A DNA stretch of 64,000 nt from Felis catus (Eukaryota): assembly GCF_018350175.1 (NCBI RefSeq), contig NC_058368.1, positions 27,220,001 through 27,284,000 on the forward strand, in the 5' to 3' direction. The translations under genes were made by a program, and so were the position numbers. How positions within the stretch are numbered: the first letter of the stretch is position 1; each line of letters opens with the position of its first letter. Shown here one piece after another: positions 62,691 to 64,000 of the stretch. The notes beneath the pieces were generated by a model. It was not told where the DNA came from. It did not search any database and saw nothing but the letters and a program-made list of their open reading frames with translations.

Positions 62691-63133
62691 AAAGGAAAAC
62701 AAATGGTGTTTCCCGGTGAGATCATGCTAAGTGACCAGACAAACCCGTAGCAGAGGTCTGTCTGCTGTGTACAAGGTACTATGCTAAGAGGTCGATCATT
62801 CAGATTACTCCCTGCCTTTAAACATCTGGGAAACACGTTGGAGAGAAAACACAAACACGTAGACACACAGAGAAAATAACCACAAAAAATTGGGGCTTGT
62901 GGAATGGCCAGAGAGGCACAGAGAGCACTGGTTGTCAAAATCCGGTTTTGCAGTTGGACAGTGGACATCAGTGTGTGTGGTTTTTTTTTTTGCCACATCT
63001 GTACCATCAGAACATTTGTTTACATACTGATTTATACATGACTCCGTAAAGTATCCATTTTAGCCTCTTCCTAAGCAGCAATATCAGCAAAGTCACATGG
63101 TTTTCTTCTAATACATTTTTTTCCTGACACGGA

Positions 63134-63217
63134 TTAGATCGAACTAGGTGAAACTTCCAATATTTGACCATTTTTTTTTACTCCACCAAAACCTCAATTT
63201 AATGTGGCTAAAAGTAA
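63134..63217. mobile_element. MADE2-like mariner MITE (~80 bp)
   Basis: ttagatcgaactaggtgaaacttccaatatttgaccattttt...caatttaatgtgg...taa resembles MADE2 with decayed terminal inverted repeats. Confidence 0.6.
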
Positions 63218-63325
63218 ACATGACTATTGAAAACTAAAATAATGGTTTTCACATCTCCCATTAAATCCCCCAGACATACCACCCTTGAGTTAGAGGGAAC
63301 AAGCAATTATAAAGAATTGATCTTG

Positions 63326-63515
63326 TGGGCCACCCAGGCGACTTAGGTGGTTAAGCCTTTAACTCTTGATTTCGGCCCGGGTCATGATTTCATGGTTCAT
63401 GAGATAGAGCCCCGTGTTGGGCTCTGCACGGACAGTGTGGAGTCTACTTGGAATTCTCTTACTCTCTCTCTCTCTCTCTTTCTCTCAAAATAAATGAATA
63501 CACTTTCTTAAAAAA
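63326..63515 (+). mobile_element. Older CanSINE
   Basis: Diverged head, CT run and A tail. Confidence 0.9.
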
Positions 63516-63528
63516 AGAGAGCTGATCA

Positions 63529-63747
63529 GGGGCGCCTGGGTGGGTCAGTCGGTTAAGCGTCCGACTTCAGCTCAGGTCACGATCTCGCGGTCTGTGAGTT
63601 CGAGCCCCGCGTCGGGCTCTGGGCTGATGGCTCAGAGCCTGGAGCCTGCTTCCGATTCTGTGTCTTCCTCTCTCTGTCCCTCCCCCATTCATGCTCTGTC
63701 TCTCTCTGTCTCAAAAATAAATAAACGTTAAAAAAAAAATTAAAAAA
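63529..63747 (+). mobile_element. CanSINE (SINEC_Fc-like) inserted at the tail/TSD of the previous SINE
   Basis: TSD aaaaaagagagctgatc at 63511-63527 and 63748-63764. Confidence 0.97.
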
Positions 63748-64000
63748 AAAAAAGAGAGCTGATCTTGTAAGGTTTCATGGAGGAGGTGGGCCTTGATGTT
63801 TGTCTGGAAGGAAGGATGCATAGAGAAGAAAAGGAAGTACATTGTTCTCTGGCCTGCAACCCTGAGTGACAGCATGTAGGAGGCACAGCGCGCCGCCGGT
63901 GAGAAAGGAAAGCTGATGCCCTAGAGAGAGCACTCCTGTCTCCCTTGACGTAAATTCCTAATCCTTGCATGTATTTGGAGGGCACGTTTTCGGAGAGCGT

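Noticed and set aside
1049..63731. Recurrent ORFs of the type MAQSVKRPTSAQVMIS... and MGQRETEHERGRGRERG...
   Set aside because: These are translations of CanSINE sequence on either strand, not genes.

Overview
Mammalian genomic DNA, almost certainly from a felid: it carries several young, CpG-rich Felidae-type CanSINEs and a carnivore-type L1 3' end. The window looks intronic or intergenic. I cannot support any intact protein-coding gene or RNA gene. The supplied ORFs come from SINEs, microsatellites or decayed LINE fragments, or look random. A large share of the window is interspersed repeat: about 17 tRNA-derived CanSINEs (many with readable target-site duplications, TSDs), several old L1 fragments with nesting, two HAL1 (ORF1-only) elements in opposite orientation, MER21-, MER74-, MLT2- and MLT1-like LTRs, L2, MIR and CR1/L3 relics, MER5/MER20 hAT elements and a MADE2 mariner. 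Repeat family names come from my recollection of consensus sequences and need RepeatMasker/Dfam confirmation; boundaries of old elements are approximate. I found no convincing new biological system. The best leads are a perfect palindromic steroid-hormone response element (AGAACAnnnTGTTCT) beside an LTR with a strong G4 motif, two nearly body-less poly(A) insertions flanked by TSDs, candidate microexons, and repeat-free blocks that resemble conserved non-coding elements.
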